Below, one piece after another: positions 1 to 13,442 of a stretch of 64,000 nt of DNA. A program made the translations under genes and the position numbers. This stretch comes from Anaeramoeba ignava BMAN. Lineage: Eukaryota; Protista; Anaeramoebae. Every line of letters starts with the position of its first letter. Positions within the stretch are counted from its first letter, which is position 1. The DNA is taken from positions 1 to 64,000 of the forward strand of contig JAPDFW010000082.1 in the NCBI GenBank assembly GCA_028826165.1, in the 5' to 3' direction. A model generated the notes under the pieces. That model was given only the letters and a program-made list of their open reading frames with translations, searched no databases and was not told the DNA's origin.

Positions 1-3000
1 TGTTGGTGAAATTATATAAACTTCCTTTTAAAACATTCATCCATGAAATTGGGAAATTTCTGAATAATTGAAGAACCCAAGTTTTAGGAATTTCATGTTG
101 AGATGAAAACATTGTTCCATCAACAACAACAATAAAAGGTTGTGTTTCTTTTGCGAAATAACTTTCAAAATTTTTGAAAATATGATAAACCAGAATTCCC
201 ATATCATCTGATTGTTGAATTCTTCTTGGAATAAAATAAAAACAAGTTCTCCTTTTTGATTTTCCTTCTTGAAAAACATTTTCAAATCTTGAAGTATTTT
301 TCCTTTCATTTGATTCATAAATTCTTTTAAATTTTCGGTTTCTTTTTGTATTTTCAGAAAGTGTTGAAGATTCTGTTAAAGATACATTTGATAATAAATT
401 TGGTGATGATTTTTGTTTATCATTTTCTTGTTTTTGTGGTTTTCCAAGTTCATTTAAAATTGAGAGGAATTTTTCACCAATTTTAGAAACATTTTGTTCT
501 TTTTGGTGTTGAAAATAAAGGGATAATTCTTCTATATTTGAGTATAAGAAGGAGTGAATAGTTGAGAAGTCTTGTGAGATTTCTTCTTTAGATATTTGGA
601 TTGAAGATGATAAAAGTGATTTATCTTTATCATCTTTTTGATTTTTTGATATTTGATCTTGATTTTCATTTTTTGATATTTGATTTTGATTTTCATTTTT
701 TGATATTTGATCTGGTGATTTTGGTTTTGGTGGTAATTTTGGTGATGTTGTTCTTTGTGGTGATGTTGTTCTTTGTGGTGATTTTGTTCTTGGTGGTGAT
801 GTTGTTTTTGGAGGTAATCTCGATCTTGGTGACGCTCTTTGAAATCCTGTTCTTGTTGTTGTTCTTGATGTTCTTGTTGCTCTTGGTGATATTCCTGTTG
901 ATATTATTGATGTTGTTCTTGATGATAATTGTGCATTTCTTGATCTTGCTCTTGGTATTCTTGATTGAATATTATCTTGTCTTTTTGTTTCTTGTTGTTC
1001 TGTTTCATTTTCTGTTTTTGTTCTTGGAATTCTTCCTCTTGGGAATCGAGGTCTTGTTGTTATTTTTGGTGATTTTTCATTTTCATTTTCATTTTCATTT
1101 TCATCTAAATTAATTGGTGACATTCTTTGTTTTGTTGGTGATTTAACTTGTGGTTGTTCTGTTTTTTGAATAGAATCATTCATAACATTTGAATTATTTT
1201 CAATTTTTTCAACTTTTTCATTAATTGATAGTTGAGTTATTTTTGTAATAAAATCTTCAATTTTCTCTTTATTTGATTCAATAAAAGTATTCAAAGGAAT
1301 CATATATTCTTCTTTTTTACCAAAAAGAACATTATTAGCTAAATTTTGAATAGTTTTTGTGATTAAAATCAATGCTCTTCTAACATCAGGTGAAATTCTA
1401 TCAGAAACAATATCAAAATTATCTGGTGAAATGATAACTGGACATAAAAATCTAAGAAAGAAAAATCCAGCAACTGTTATTCTTATATATTCAGGAAATC
1501 TTTCTCCAACACTTGATGATAAATAACTTGAAAGATATAAAATGGGTTTTGGAATCATTTCCACAGAATTAAGAATTTTATCAAGAAATTGTTGAGTGAA
1601 ATTTTGGAGATTGACAAGATTTGAATTGATATCTTCACCTTCTTTTAAAAGTGCTTTATTAATTTCAATTGTTTTATGATTGATAGTTAATTCATTAGTT
1701 AAATTCTTGACTAAATCTGAAAGAAGATTCTTTAAATACTCCAATCCAACCATATTTGAATAAACACCAAGCATTTTACTTGCAAATGAGTTTCTTCTGA
1801 AAAGCATTTGCGGTTGATCTTGAGGAGTACCTATAACTTCGTCTTGGATAGACCATTTCAAAAGTCTAATTGCTGTTCCATTATATTCATTTATTCTAAC
1901 AAGTAATTTTGAGATTAAATCTGATTCTGTCACTTTTGTAATTGAAAATATTGCTTTTGTAACAACCAAATCATCTGAAAGAATCATATCAATAATATTT
2001 TTATATTTATCTTGAACAGTTTCTTTCAAACTTCCAAATTCTGTTCCTTGTTTTAAAATGATAGTTAAAACTTCCAAAAAAGAAGCTCTTGATTCAATAT
2101 CAGCAGAATATCCCATTGGTAATGCATGTCTTAATCCAACGCTAACATTTGAATGTATCATATTTGATACAGCCATTGTTGTGTGTTGATATAATTTTTT
2201 GGCATCTTCATCCAAAAGTTTTTTTTTCTGAAGTCTTGATAACATTGTTGAAAAGAAAAGGAAATATTGAGAAAATAGTTTTGATTTCTGTTCCAAAATT
2301 TCATCTCCAGTTTGTTGTTGTTTTACTTCAACTGCTCGATATTTTTGAAGAACTAATTTTTCTAATAAAGTCTCTACAACTCTCATTGCAGTAATATCAA
2401 GTTCTCTTTTCATTCTTGATAATTCAGTGTTGTATTCAAGAGAATCTTTTGAATAAAATTGAAGTTTTGAAGATATTTTTTTGTTTTCATCTAAATCAAT
2501 AATAAAATGTAATAAAATTAATATAAATATAAAATTAATAATAAAATTAAAATATATTCACCATTTGTTTGTTGTGATAAAATATTTGAATTGATTTGAT
2601 TGATTTCATTCATAGAATTATTTGATGTTTTATCTTTGTTTGAATCTGATCCATCTTGATAAATTGAAAACCATTCCATAATTTTTTCAACAAGTTCATT
2701 ACGGAATTTAGTTTCATTTCTAAAAAGTAAACTTCCTCTTCTTTTAATCATTAATTCAACAAGTTGACAGAGTTTACATTTAATTCTTAGAGTTTTAGAA
2801 TCAACAGTGATATAAGATAAATAATGAACAATAGAAATAACTAAAGACTCCAAATCAATAGTAGAAAAATCATCCAATTCAAAAGGTTGATCCAATATTT
2901 GTTTTATTAATGAAATGACTTGATCAATAAACAAAGTTGCCTTTTCACTTGAAATTACATTTCCATCTTTCATAATATTATTATTGATTTTTTCAACAAT

Positions 3001-6000
3001 TTTTTCAAAAAGAAGATGATAAACTGCTGGTGAAATGCAAGATATTGTTTGGATAATAATTTCCTTGATATAATCAACATCGCAAATAATAAGATCAAGC
3101 ACTTTTTCAATAAAAGAATCAACCATCATTTTTCCTTTTTGTTGAGATTCTTTTGAGCTTTCTGGAATTTTTTTGGCAACAGCAGCCAAACTGCATAAAA
3201 ATCCTGTGTAATTATTCCATTCAATTTTGGTTCTATTTAAATCAGCATCAGAAAACTCTTTTGATGAAGTTGTTTGTGTTGATCCCTTTTGTTTTGACTT
3301 GATTTTACTGATATTTTCATTTATTGTTGATTCAAGATTTGAAGTGATAATATTAGTTGCATATTCCCATCTTTCATATATCTTTTTCCAAGCAGGCATA
3401 TTACCGAATGTTGCGATATCAATTCTTCTAAATAACGAATGAATTGCTTTTTGTTGAGCAATACGACCTGTTTTTAATTGTCCAAGTTGAGATAATTGTT
3501 TGTATTCATTGTATAAAGCTCCAATAGTATTATTTGAATGTTCTAAATTTCCAATTATTTTCACTTCTTCACATAAAAAATCAAAACATTGAGCTGCTTG
3601 AGAACAAACATTAGGATCTGAATTGCAGAGCAGAATAAGCAATGCAATTTCGATTTGTGTATTTGAATTGAAGTGTTGGCGAATCACATTTTCTGGAATT
3701 TGACTAAAAGAAAAACTTTGATTTGCAAGTAAAAACTCATTTCTCTTGCGAAGTAAATAGTGCAATAAATCAAGAAGAAGATTTGTATGTTCTTGTGAAA
3801 TTTCAATTGATTCAACAATTAAATTTCCAATCGAAAAGAAAATAATTGATCCAATTTCATAAAATCCACGAATAATATCATCAGGACACCATTTAACAAT
3901 ATATTCAGGAATAAAAAGATTGCGAATTGCAAGGTTTGCTGAATATGTGATTTCATTACTGAAGGAATCATCGAGAAAACTGGTTAATAATTTGAACATT
4001 TGTTTAGCTTCCGTTTTCATTTTTTTGAATTGAATATTTTGATCCTGATTTTCATCAAATGGATAATATAAAAAGAAGGAAGGATCAAACGAGAATAATT
4101 TGATAATTTCATTGATTGAATCGATTCTTAGTTGAGCAATAATAAGTTGTTCTTTTTCTTTTTTTTTAATAGTTGGTGAATTTAATAAATTTGAAATATT
4201 TTTTGGTTTTCCTAAATTTAATTGATTAGATTGTATTTCTCGAATGTTTGCAATATTTTCTTTGAATAAATTTTTAATAAAAGATGCAATTGAATAAGCT
4301 CCTGAAATTGTTGGATTCCAAGGAAGTGGTTCTTCTTGTGAAATTATTCTTAATGCTTTTGTTAGTGAATATTTTAAAGAGAGTGGAGCATTTTCATCTT
4401 TACAATTATCGAATGAATCTCTTGGATTAATTTTGAATGAAGCAATTAAATATTGAGCAATAATTTCGAGGTCTTGATAAGGTTTACTTTGGTCCAATAA
4501 TTTTTTCTATAATTTTAATTTAATTTTAATTTTAATTTTAATTTTAATTTTAATTTTAATTTTGATTTTGATTTTGATTTTAAATTTTAATTTAATTTTA
4601 ATTTTGATTTTAATTTTAATTTTAATTTTAATTTTAATTTTAATTTTAATTTTAATTTTAATTTTGATTTTGATTTTGATTTTTGATTTTTGATTTTAAT
4701 TTTGATTTTAATTTTAATTTTAATTTTAATTTTAATTTTAATTTTTAATTTTAATTTTAATTTTAATTTTAATTTTAATTTTAATTTTAATTTTAATTTT
4801 AATTTTAATTTTAATTTTGATTTTAATTTTAATTTTAATTGTTTAAAATATTCTACATTTAAATCAGGTCTAATAATTGGAACAAGATATCTTAAACCAG
4901 AAATATCTGCTTTAGAAACATATGTAGAAGCTTGACAAAAATCAACTAAACATCTAGCAGCCATATCGGATATTTCACCTTTTAATTTAAGAGAAGATTG
5001 TAATTCATTAAAAAATATTCCTTTTGAACTTGATAAAGCTTGTTTATCTCCCATTGTAAGTGAAATTAAAATATCAGGACATAAAATTAATAACATTGTT
5101 TCTGTTGGCCAAAATAAATGACTTTCTTTTTTTAATTCTTGTCCATGTTTTTGAAAATAATCAAATAAAGTATCTGGATTTCCTTCCATTGTTTTTTTGG
5201 ATTGTGATAATTCTGTAAATTGTGATGGTCGATGATTAATCCAATTCCATATTCCTGATTTTTAAATAAATTTTTAAATAAATAATTTTAAAAATAAATT
5301 TTTAAATAAATTATTAAATAAATTATTAAATAAATTTTTAAATAAATTTTTAAATAAATTTTTAAATAAATTTTTAAATAAATTTTTAAATAAATTTCTA
5401 AATAAATTTTTAAATAAATTATTAAATCGATTATTAAATAAATTATTAAATAAATTATTAAATAAATTATTAAATAAATTATTAAATAAATTATTAAATA
5501 AATTATTAAATAAATTTTTAAATAAATTATTAAATAAATTATTAAATAAATTTTTAAATAAATTTTTAAATAAATTATTAAATAAATTTTTAAATAAATT
5601 AACTAACTTTTTAAAACTTCTGAAATTAATTTTGTGTGATTTTTTGGAAATAAGTAAAATATTGATTTAAAAACACGAAATAATTCTGATAATTTTATAT
5701 TATCATAATCAAGATATTTAATTAAATTTAATTTTCGAATTTGAACATCTTCATTTCCTGATTTAATTTTTGTAAATGCTTCAATAACTTGATTAAAAAT
5801 TTGTATATAATTTATATGAGAAACTCTTCTAATAAGTTTTTCAAAATATTCTGTAAACATATTTGAATAAGAACCATGTTCAAATTCAAAATTAACATTT
5901 ATTAATAAAAGAACAAATCTAAATGCTAAATAATCATTTGATTTTGATTTTTAAGATTTTCAATTTCTTGATCACTCTAAATTATTTTAAATTTTAATTT

Positions 6001-6722
6001 TAATTTTAATTTTAATTTTAATTTTAATTTTAATTTTATTTTGATTTAAATTTTAATTTTAATTTGAATTTTTAATTTTAATTTTAATTTTAATTTTAAT
6101 TTAATTTTAATTTTTAATTTGAATTTTAATTTTAATTTTAATTTTAATTTTAATTTTAAATTTTAATTTTAATTTTAATTTTAATTTTAATTTTAATTTT
6201 AATTTTAATTTGAATTTTAATTTTAATTTAAATTTTAATTTTAATTTTAATTTTAATTTTAATTTTAATTTTAATTTTAATTTTAATTTTAATTTTAATT
6301 TTAATTTTAATTTTTAATTTTAATTTTAATTTTAATTTTAATTTTAATTTTGATTTTAATTTTAATTTTAATTTTATAAATGAATTTTTCAATAAAAACA
6401 AATACTAATTGATAAGAATTTTTAAAGATTGAAACATTAATTCAAAAATAATTAAAAAAGAACGTTGAACTTGAATTAATTTATGACTTTCCAAATCAGT
6501 ATTTTTAAAGAAATATCATCAAGTAAATTAGTTAAAACTTTAAAAACTGAATTAAATCTTGTTAAAGATAAAGAAACAAGTAAATCATTTTCCATTTGAA
6601 GTGAATTATTTATAAATTCTTTTGGAATAAAAACTGAATAAGTTTCTGAAAATTCTATTTTTATGTGGAAGAAGTGATAATATTCTTGTGCCTATATTTG
6701 TTAATGTATCTTCTTCATTCAT
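1..6722 (-). CDS. NF1: Neurofibromin-like RasGAP (HEAT-like N-terminus, RasGAP, Sec14/CRAL-TRIO); multi-exon, 3' end beyond the left edge
   Basis: Manual translation. ATG at 6722 (MNEEDTLTNIGTRILSLLPHK). GT-AG exons at about 6722-6406, 5976-5607, 5254-4858, 4506-2562 and 2490-<1; the last is one open frame missing from the ORF track. NF1-like motifs: IWNWINHRPSQF, WNNYTGFLCSL, AVSNMIHSNVSVGLRHALPMGYSADIESRASFLEVLTIILKQGTEF, arginine finger FRRNSFASK (~1790), FFFLRFLCPVIISP (~1450), KEEYM, then Sec14-like PFIVVVDGT (~130). Exons 1-2 need 1-nt homopolymer corrections. Confidence 0.92.
4510..4840. repeat. (TTTTAA/TTTTGA)n microsatellite filling an NF1 intron
   Basis: Hexamer array between donor (~4857) and acceptor (~4507). 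Confidence 0.95.
5260..5600. repeat. 12-bp tandem repeat (AATAAATTTTTA/AATAAATTATTA)n in an NF1 intron
   Basis: Directly visible; flanked by a GTTAGT donor (~5606) and CAG acceptor (~5255) on the minus strand. Confidence 0.9.
5985..6375. repeat. (TTTTAA)n microsatellite in NF1 intron 1
   Basis: Directly visible. Confidence 0.95.
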
Positions 6723-7560
6723 TTTGTTTTTTTTAAATAAAAATTAAAAGAAAAAAATTGAAAGAAAAAAATGAAAAATTTTTGCTTTTTAAATAAAAAT
6801 TAAAAATTATATTTTTAAAAAATTGAAAAATAAAAATAAAAAATTTTCAATTTTTTAAATTTTTAATTAAATTATATTTTGATTTAGAAAATTAATTAAA
6901 ATTTTTGATTAAAATTTTAATATTTATATTTTAAAAAGAAATTAAATTAAATATTAATTTAAATTCAAATCAATTTTTAATAAATTTAATTTTAATATAA
7001 TTTAGAAAATTAAAATTTATTTTATTAAATTTTTTTTTATTTTAAAAAGAAATTAAATTAAAATTAATTTAAATCAAAAATTTTTTAAATTTAATTAAAA
7101 TTTATATTTTTAATAATTTAAATTCTTAATTATATTTTTAATAAAAAATAGGGAATAAATTAAAATATTAATTCAAATCAATTATCAATTTTTAATAAAT
7201 TTAATTAAATTATTTATTAAATTTTTATTTAGAAAAAATTAATTTATTTAAAATTTTATATTTTTAAAAATTATATTTTTTAATTTAAAATCAATTATAT
7301 TTTTAAAAATAAATTAAATTAATTTTTATTTAGAAATTCAAATCAATTATTCAATTTTTAATAAAATTTATTTCAAAAATTAAATTAAATTATTCAAATC
7401 TATTTTTTTTTTAAAAAATTATTTATTAAATTTTATTTATAATTTATTTATATTCTTAATTATATTTTTTAATAAAATCTATATTTTAAAAAAGGATTTA
7501 AATGTGGAATGTGGATTTTATTTAATTTTTTTCTTTCAATTTTGCTTTTCTTTTCTTTTC

Positions 7561-8214
7561 TTATTTTTTCTTCTTTTGTTCCTCTTTTTTCTTCTTTTGT
7601 TCTTCTTTTTGTTTTTGTTTTAATTTTGCTTTTTCTTCTTTTTCTTTCTTCTTTTTTAATTGTATATAATATTTTGGATTTCTAGATACTCTAACTGCTT
7701 CTTGAAAAACTTCTTTTAAATTTTGTTGTTTTCTTGCAGAACATTCAATATAATTAAAAGCATTAATTTCTTTAGCCATTTCCAATCCTTGTTGATAAGT
7801 AATTGGAGATAAACCTTTTTCTTCCAATATCATAATTGTATCTTGATCATCTCTCAAATCTAATTTAAGTCCAACAAGAATAAATGGGATATCTGGGCAA
7901 AAGCGTTTAATTTCAGGAATCCATTTATCTCTTACACTTTCAAAAGAAGAAGGAGAAATTAATGAAAAACAAATCAAAAAAACATCTGTTTGTGGATAAG
8001 ATAAAGGTCTCAATCTATCATAATCTTCTTGACCTCCTGTATCCCATAAACCTAAATTGATTGGTTTTCCATCTACCATTATATTTGCTGAATAATTATC
8101 AAAAACTGTTGGAATATATTCTTTTGGATATTGACCATTTGTTGTATAACTAATCAACAATGATATTTTTCCAATTCTTCCATCTCCAACAACAACACAT
8201 TTAATTGATTGCAT
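7561..8214 (-). CDS. Rac-like Rho GTPase (copy A), Lys-rich tail, no CAAX
   Basis: [51 protein letters not shown]. Confidence 0.93.
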   Translation of the reverse strand: MQSIKCVVVGDGRIGKISLLISYTTNGQYPKEYIPTVFDNYSANIMVDGKPINLGLWDTGGQEDYDRLRPLSYPQTDVFLICFSLISPSSFESVRDKWIPEIKRFCPDIPFILVGLKLDLRDDQDTIMILEEKGLSPITYQQGLEMAKEINAFNYIECSARKQQNLKEVFQEAVRVSRNPKYYIQLKKKKEKEEKAKLKQKQKEEQKKKKEEQKKKK

Positions 8215-8390
8215 TTCTGTTTTTGGATTTTAAAAAAAAAATAAATTGAACAAGCAAAATAAAAATAAAAATAAAAACAAAAGAAAAATTAAAAATTTGT
8301 TTTTCTTTTTTCCTTTTTCTTTTTTCCTTTTTTTAAAACAAAAAAAAATCGGAAAAAAAATTTTAATAAAAAATTAATCAAAAAAAAAAA

Positions 8391-9761
8391 TTATTTTTGA
8401 TTTTTTGAAATTTCTTGTAAAATTGTTTGAAAAGATTTTGTGGTTTCCAAAGAATTTTCTAAATATTTAATAAATTGATTTTCTTTTGCAAATCCAAATC
8501 CTTCTTCATAACTAATTGGTTTGATTTTGTTTTGTTTTAATGCTTCAATTATTATTGGATTATTTCTTTTTTCAAGTTCATTTCCAATAAGAATAATTGG
8601 AATATTTGGGAAATTTTGTTTAATTTCAGGAATAAATTTTGATTTAATATTTTCAAAAGAAGAAGGAGAAATTAATGAAAAACAAATTAAAAAAATATCT
8701 GCATCAGAATAATATACATGTCTAATTCCATCATAATCTATTTTATCAGATGTATCTTGGATTATTATCCCAAATTCTTTTCCTTCAAATTCAATTTTTT
8801 TTCGATAAATCTCAAAAGGTTTTGGAATGAAATCTTTTGGAATTTTCTTATCAATTAATCCAAATATTAATTCAGTTTTTTTGGAATTTTCATCTCCAAT
8901 AAAAACAAATTTCAGTTTGATAATTTTCTGTTTTTTTTTCTTTATCTCTTTTTCTTTATCTTTTTGCGTTGATCTATCTTCTTGTTTTTGTTTTTCATTT
9001 TGGTATTTTATCAAATCAAGATCTTTTTCATATTTTATTTTTGGAATTTTTAATTTGTTCCGATTTTTTGGTCTAATTTCTTTTTTTTTGTTTGTTTCTT
9101 TTTGTTTATTTTTCTTTTTTTTCTTCTCCAGTTTCTTTAATCTTTTTTCTTGTGCTTCTTTTTCTTTCTTGAGTTTTTTTTGTTCTTGTTTCTTCAATTT
9201 TTCAATTTGTTTTTGTGATTTATTTCCATAAAGAACTGCTCTAACTGCTTCATCAAAAACTGTTTTTAAATTTTTTTGAGTTAAAGCAGAACATTCCCAA
9301 TATGTAACAGCTTTAATTTCTTCAGCCATTCCCATTCCTTGTTGGTAACTAATTGGAGATAAACCTTTTTCTTCCAATTCCATAATTGTATCTTGATCAT
9401 CTCTCAAATCTAATTTAAGTCCAACAAGAACAAAAGGAACTTTTGGACAAAAATGTTGAATTTCAGGAATCCATTTATCTCTTACACTTTCAAAAGAAGA
9501 AGGAGAAATTAATGAAAAACAAATCAAAAAAACATCTGTTTGTGGATAAGATAAAGGTCTCAATCTATCAGAATCTTGTTGACCTGCTGTATCCCATAAA
9601 CCTAAATTGATTGGTTTTCCATCTACCATTATATTTGCTGAATAATTATCAAAAACTGTTGGAATATATTCTCCTGGAAATGCATTTGTTGTATAACTAA
9701 TTAACATTGCTCTTTTTCCAATTCCTCCATCTCCAACAACAACACATTTAAATGATTTCAT
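8391..9761 (-). CDS. Tandem-domain GTPase (copy B): Rac domain, charged linker, degenerate Rho-like domain
   Basis: N domain GDGGIGKR / YIPTVFDNY / DTAGQQD / ECSALTQ. C domain [13 protein letters not shown] / [17 protein letters not shown] / [12 protein letters not shown] / GNELE. One uninterrupted 456-aa ORF. Confidence 0.92.
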   Translation of the reverse strand: MKSFKCVVVGDGGIGKRAMLISYTTNAFPGEYIPTVFDNYSANIMVDGKPINLGLWDTAGQQDSDRLRPLSYPQTDVFLICFSLISPSSFESVRDKWIPEIQHFCPKVPFVLVGLKLDLRDDQDTIMELEEKGLSPISYQQGMGMAEEIKAVTYWECSALTQKNLKTVFDEAVRAVLYGNKSQKQIEKLKKQEQKKLKKEKEAQEKRLKKLEKKKKKNKQKETNKKKEIRPKNRNKLKIPKIKYEKDLDLIKYQNEKQKQEDRSTQKDKEKEIKKKKQKIIKLKFVFIGDENSKKTELIFGLIDKKIPKDFIPKPFEIYRKKIEFEGKEFGIIIQDTSDKIDYDGIRHVYYSDADIFLICFSLISPSSFENIKSKFIPEIKQNFPNIPIILIGNELEKRNNPIIIEALKQNKIKPISYEEGFGFAKENQFIKYLENSLETTKSFQTILQEISKNQK

Positions 9762-10051
9762 TTCTGTTTTTGGATTTTAAAAACGAAAAATTGAAAAGGA
9801 AAAAATAAAAAAAAAAAACAACCGGAAAAATTGACAAAAGAAAAAGAAAAGGAAAAATTTGGAAAAAATTTAATTTTTCTTTTTCCTTTTTCTTTTTATT
9901 ATTTTTTTAAAACAAAAATTTCGGAAAAATTTTTAATTTAAATTTTCTTAAAATCCAAAATCAAAAAAAAGAAAAAGAAGAAGAAATCAAAAATTATTTT
10001 TGATTTTTGATTTTTCTGTTTGATTATCTTAAAACTTAATCTAAAATTGTT

Positions 10052-12024
10052 TTAAAAAGATTTTTTGGTTTCCAAAGAATTTTCTAAATATTTAATAAAT
10101 TGATTTTCTTTTTCAATTTCAATTCCTTCTTCATAACTAATTGGTTTGATTTTGTTTTGTTTTAATACTTCAATTATTATTGGATTATTTCTTTTTTCAA
10201 GTTCATTTCCAATAAGAATAATTGGAATATTTGGGAAATTTTGTTTAATTTCAGGAATAAATTTTGATTTAACATTTTCAAAAGAAGAAGGAGAAATTAA
10301 TGAAAAACAAATTAAAAAAATATCTGCTTCAGAATAATATACATGTCTAATTCCATCATAATCTATTTTATCAGATGTATTTTGTAATATTATTTCAATT
10401 TCTTTTCCTTCAAATATAAAATCTGTTTGATAAATTCCAAAAGGTTTTATAATATCATCTTCTTTTGATATTTCTTTTCCAATTCCAAATATTAATTCAA
10501 ATATAAATTCATTTTTTTTAGAATTTTCATCTCCAATAAAAACAAATTTTGTTTTGATAATTTCTTTTTCATTTAATTCATTTTCATTTAATTCATTTAA
10601 TTCATTTTCATTTTGATTTTGATTTTGATTTTCATTTTCATTTTGATTTTGATATTGATTTATATTTTCATTTTGATTTTGATTTTGATTTTTGATTTTG
10701 ATTTTGATATTGATTTTCATTTTCATTTTCATTTTCATTTTGATTTTGGTTTTGATTTTGATTTTGATATTGATTTTGATTTTGATTTTGTTTTTATTTT
10801 GATTTGATTTTGATTTTGATTTTGATTTTGATTTTGATTTTCATTTTGATTTTGATTTTGATTTTGATATTGATTTTGATTTTGATTTTGATTTTGATTT
10901 TGATTTTGATTTTCATTTTGGTTTTGATTTTGATTTTGATTTTGATATTGATTTTGATTTTGATTTAGATTTTGATTTTCATTTTCATATTGATTTTGAT
11001 TTTGATTTTGATATTGATATTGATTTTGATTTTGATTTTGATTTTGATTTTGATTTTGATTTTGATTTTCATTTTGATATTGATTTTGATTTTGATTTTC
11101 ATTTTGATTTTGATTTTGATTTTGATTTTGATTTTGATATTGATTTTGATTTTGATTTTGATTTTGATTTTGATTTTGATTTTGATTTTGATTTTGATAT
11201 TGTTTTTGATTTTGTTTTTGATATTTTATTTTTGGAATTTTTAATTTTTTCTGATTTTTTCTTTCCAATTTTTGGATTATTTCATATTTTTCTTTTGGAA
11301 TTTTTGATTTTGTTCGATTTTTTATTTTCAATTTCTTTTCTTTTTCTAATTTCTTTAATTCTTCTTTTTGATTTTTTTCTTCTTTTTCTAATTTCTTTTG
11401 TTCTTCTTTCTTTTTTTTCAATTCTTCATCTCTTTCCAATTTTTCTTGTTTCATTTTCAATTTTTTTTCTTTTTTGGATAATTTTATTGGATAAAGAACT
11501 GCTCTAATTGCTTCATCAAAAACTGTTTTTAAATTTTTTTGAGTTAAAGCAGAACATTCAATATATTTAACAGCTTTAATTTCTTTAGCCATTCCCAATC
11601 CTTGTTGATAACTAATTGGAGATAAACCTTTTTCTTCCAATTTCATAATTGTTTCTTGATCATCTCTCAAATCTAATTTAAGTCCAACAAGAATAAATGG
11701 AATATTTGAGCAATGGTAATGAATTTCAGGAATCCATTTATCTTTAACACTTTCAAAAGAAGAAGGAGAAATTAATGAAAAACAAATCAAAAAAACATCT
11801 GTTTGTGGATAAGATAAAGGTCTCAATCTATCATAATCTTGTTGACCTGCTGTATCCCATAAACCTAAATTGATTGGCTCTCCATCTACCATTACATTTG
11901 CTGAATAATTATCAAAAACTGTTGGAACATATTCTCCTGGAAATGCATTTGTTGTATAACTAATTAAAAATGATATTTTTCCAATTCCTCCATCTCCAAC
12001 AAGAACACATTTAATTGATTTCAT
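10052..12024 (-). CDS. Tandem-domain GTPase (copy C): Rac domain, QN-repeat linker, degenerate Rho-like domain; frameshifted within the QN repeat
   Basis: ORFs 10735-12024 and 10052-10738 overlap across a (CAAAAT)n tract with no splice signals. The second domain is nearly identical to that of copy B. Confidence 0.85.
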
Positions 12025-12123
12025 TTCTGTTTTTGGATTTTAAAAAAAAAATAAATTGAACAAGCAAAATAAAAATAAAAATGAAAATGAAAATGAAAAT
12101 TAAAATGAAAATTTTTTTTGGAT

Positions 12124-13379
12124 TTAATTATGTTTTCTTTTTGCTTTTTCTTCTTCTTTTCTGATTCTTTCCAATTCCTCTTTTTTTTTCTTCATGATTA
12201 ATTCTTTTTTCTTTAGTTTTTTTTCTTCTCTAAAATTTGTTTTTTCCATTTTTTCCAATTCTATTTTTTTCTTCATTTCTTCTTCTTTCTTTAATTTTTC
12301 GAATTCCATCTTTTTCATTTTTGCTTCCCTTTTTTTCATTACTGCTTCTTCTTTCTTTAATTTTTTTTCTTCTCTAAAATTTGTTTTTTCCATTTCTCAT
12401 TTTTTTCATTTTTTTCATTTTCTTCTTTTTTCATTCTTTCCAATTCCTCTTTTTTTTTCTTCATGATTAATTCTTTTTTCTTTAATTTTTTTTCTTCTCT
12501 AAAATTTGTTTTTTCCATTTTTTCCAATTCTCCCATTTTTTCCATTTCTATTTTTTTCTTCATTTCTTCTTCTTTCTTTAATTTTTCGAATTCCATCTTT
12601 TTCATTTTTGCTTCCCTTTTTTTCATTACTACTTCTTCTTTCTTTAATTTTTCTGCTTCTTTTGGATTTAATTTTCGTTCTGCTCTTTTGAATTGTTCTT
12701 CTTCTTCCATTTTTTTCATTTTTTCCATTTGTTCCAATTTTCTTGCCTTAAATTCTTCTTCTTTTTTCATCTTGTAAGCTTTTTTTTTCATTACTGTTTC
12801 GATTTTCTTTCTTAATTTTTCAGCATTTTTTTTTGCTTTTTTTGGATTAAGAAAAATTTGAATAACTTCATCAAAAATTGCTTTCAATCCTTCTTGAGTT
12901 AAAGCAGAGCATTCCATATAACACCAAGCATTGATTTGAACTGACAATTCAAATGCCTGTTCATAATTAATTGGAGTCAACCCTCTTTGATCTAGTTGAT
13001 TAATTGTTTCTTGATCATTTCTTAAATCTAATTTATTTCCAATAAGAATAATTGGAACATTTGGAGCAAAATGATTGATTTCAGAAATCCATTTTGATTT
13101 AATATTTTCAAATGAAGAAGGTGAAATTAATGAAAAACAAATCAAGATAAAACTTGCTCCTTGATAAGAATCAATTCTCATTTGTTCATAATCTTGTTGA
13201 CTTGATGTATCATAAAAATGTAATTCAAATTGTTTTTTTTTCACCATTTCAACTTTTTTATACTTTTCAAATGATGTTAGATTGTGTTCGGAAGGGAATT
13301 CATTTTTTGTATAACTAAGTAACATTGCTGTTTTTCCAGCTCCTGAATCTCCAATAACAACACATTTAATCGATTGCAT
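12124..13379 (-). CDS. Divergent Rho GTPase (copy D) with a long, internally duplicated K/E-rich tail
   Basis: GDSGAGKT, DTSSQQDY, GNKLD, ECSALTQ. Tail block KKREAKMKKMEFEKLKKEEEMKKKIE occurs twice. A frameshift at ~12390 joins ORF 12124-12393. Confidence 0.85.
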
Positions 13380-13442
13380 TTAACGGTTTTTATTGAAAAA
13401 AAATGAAATGAAAAAAATGAAAAAAATAGCAAAAAAAAAAAA

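Noticed and set aside
37-1113. ORFs 37-318 (-) and 601-1113 (+)
   Set aside because: Alternate-frame and antisense shadows of the long NF1 exon.
4510-6375. (TTTTAA)n as interstitial telomeric repeat
   Set aside because: No G-rich strand, and it occurs in many introns.
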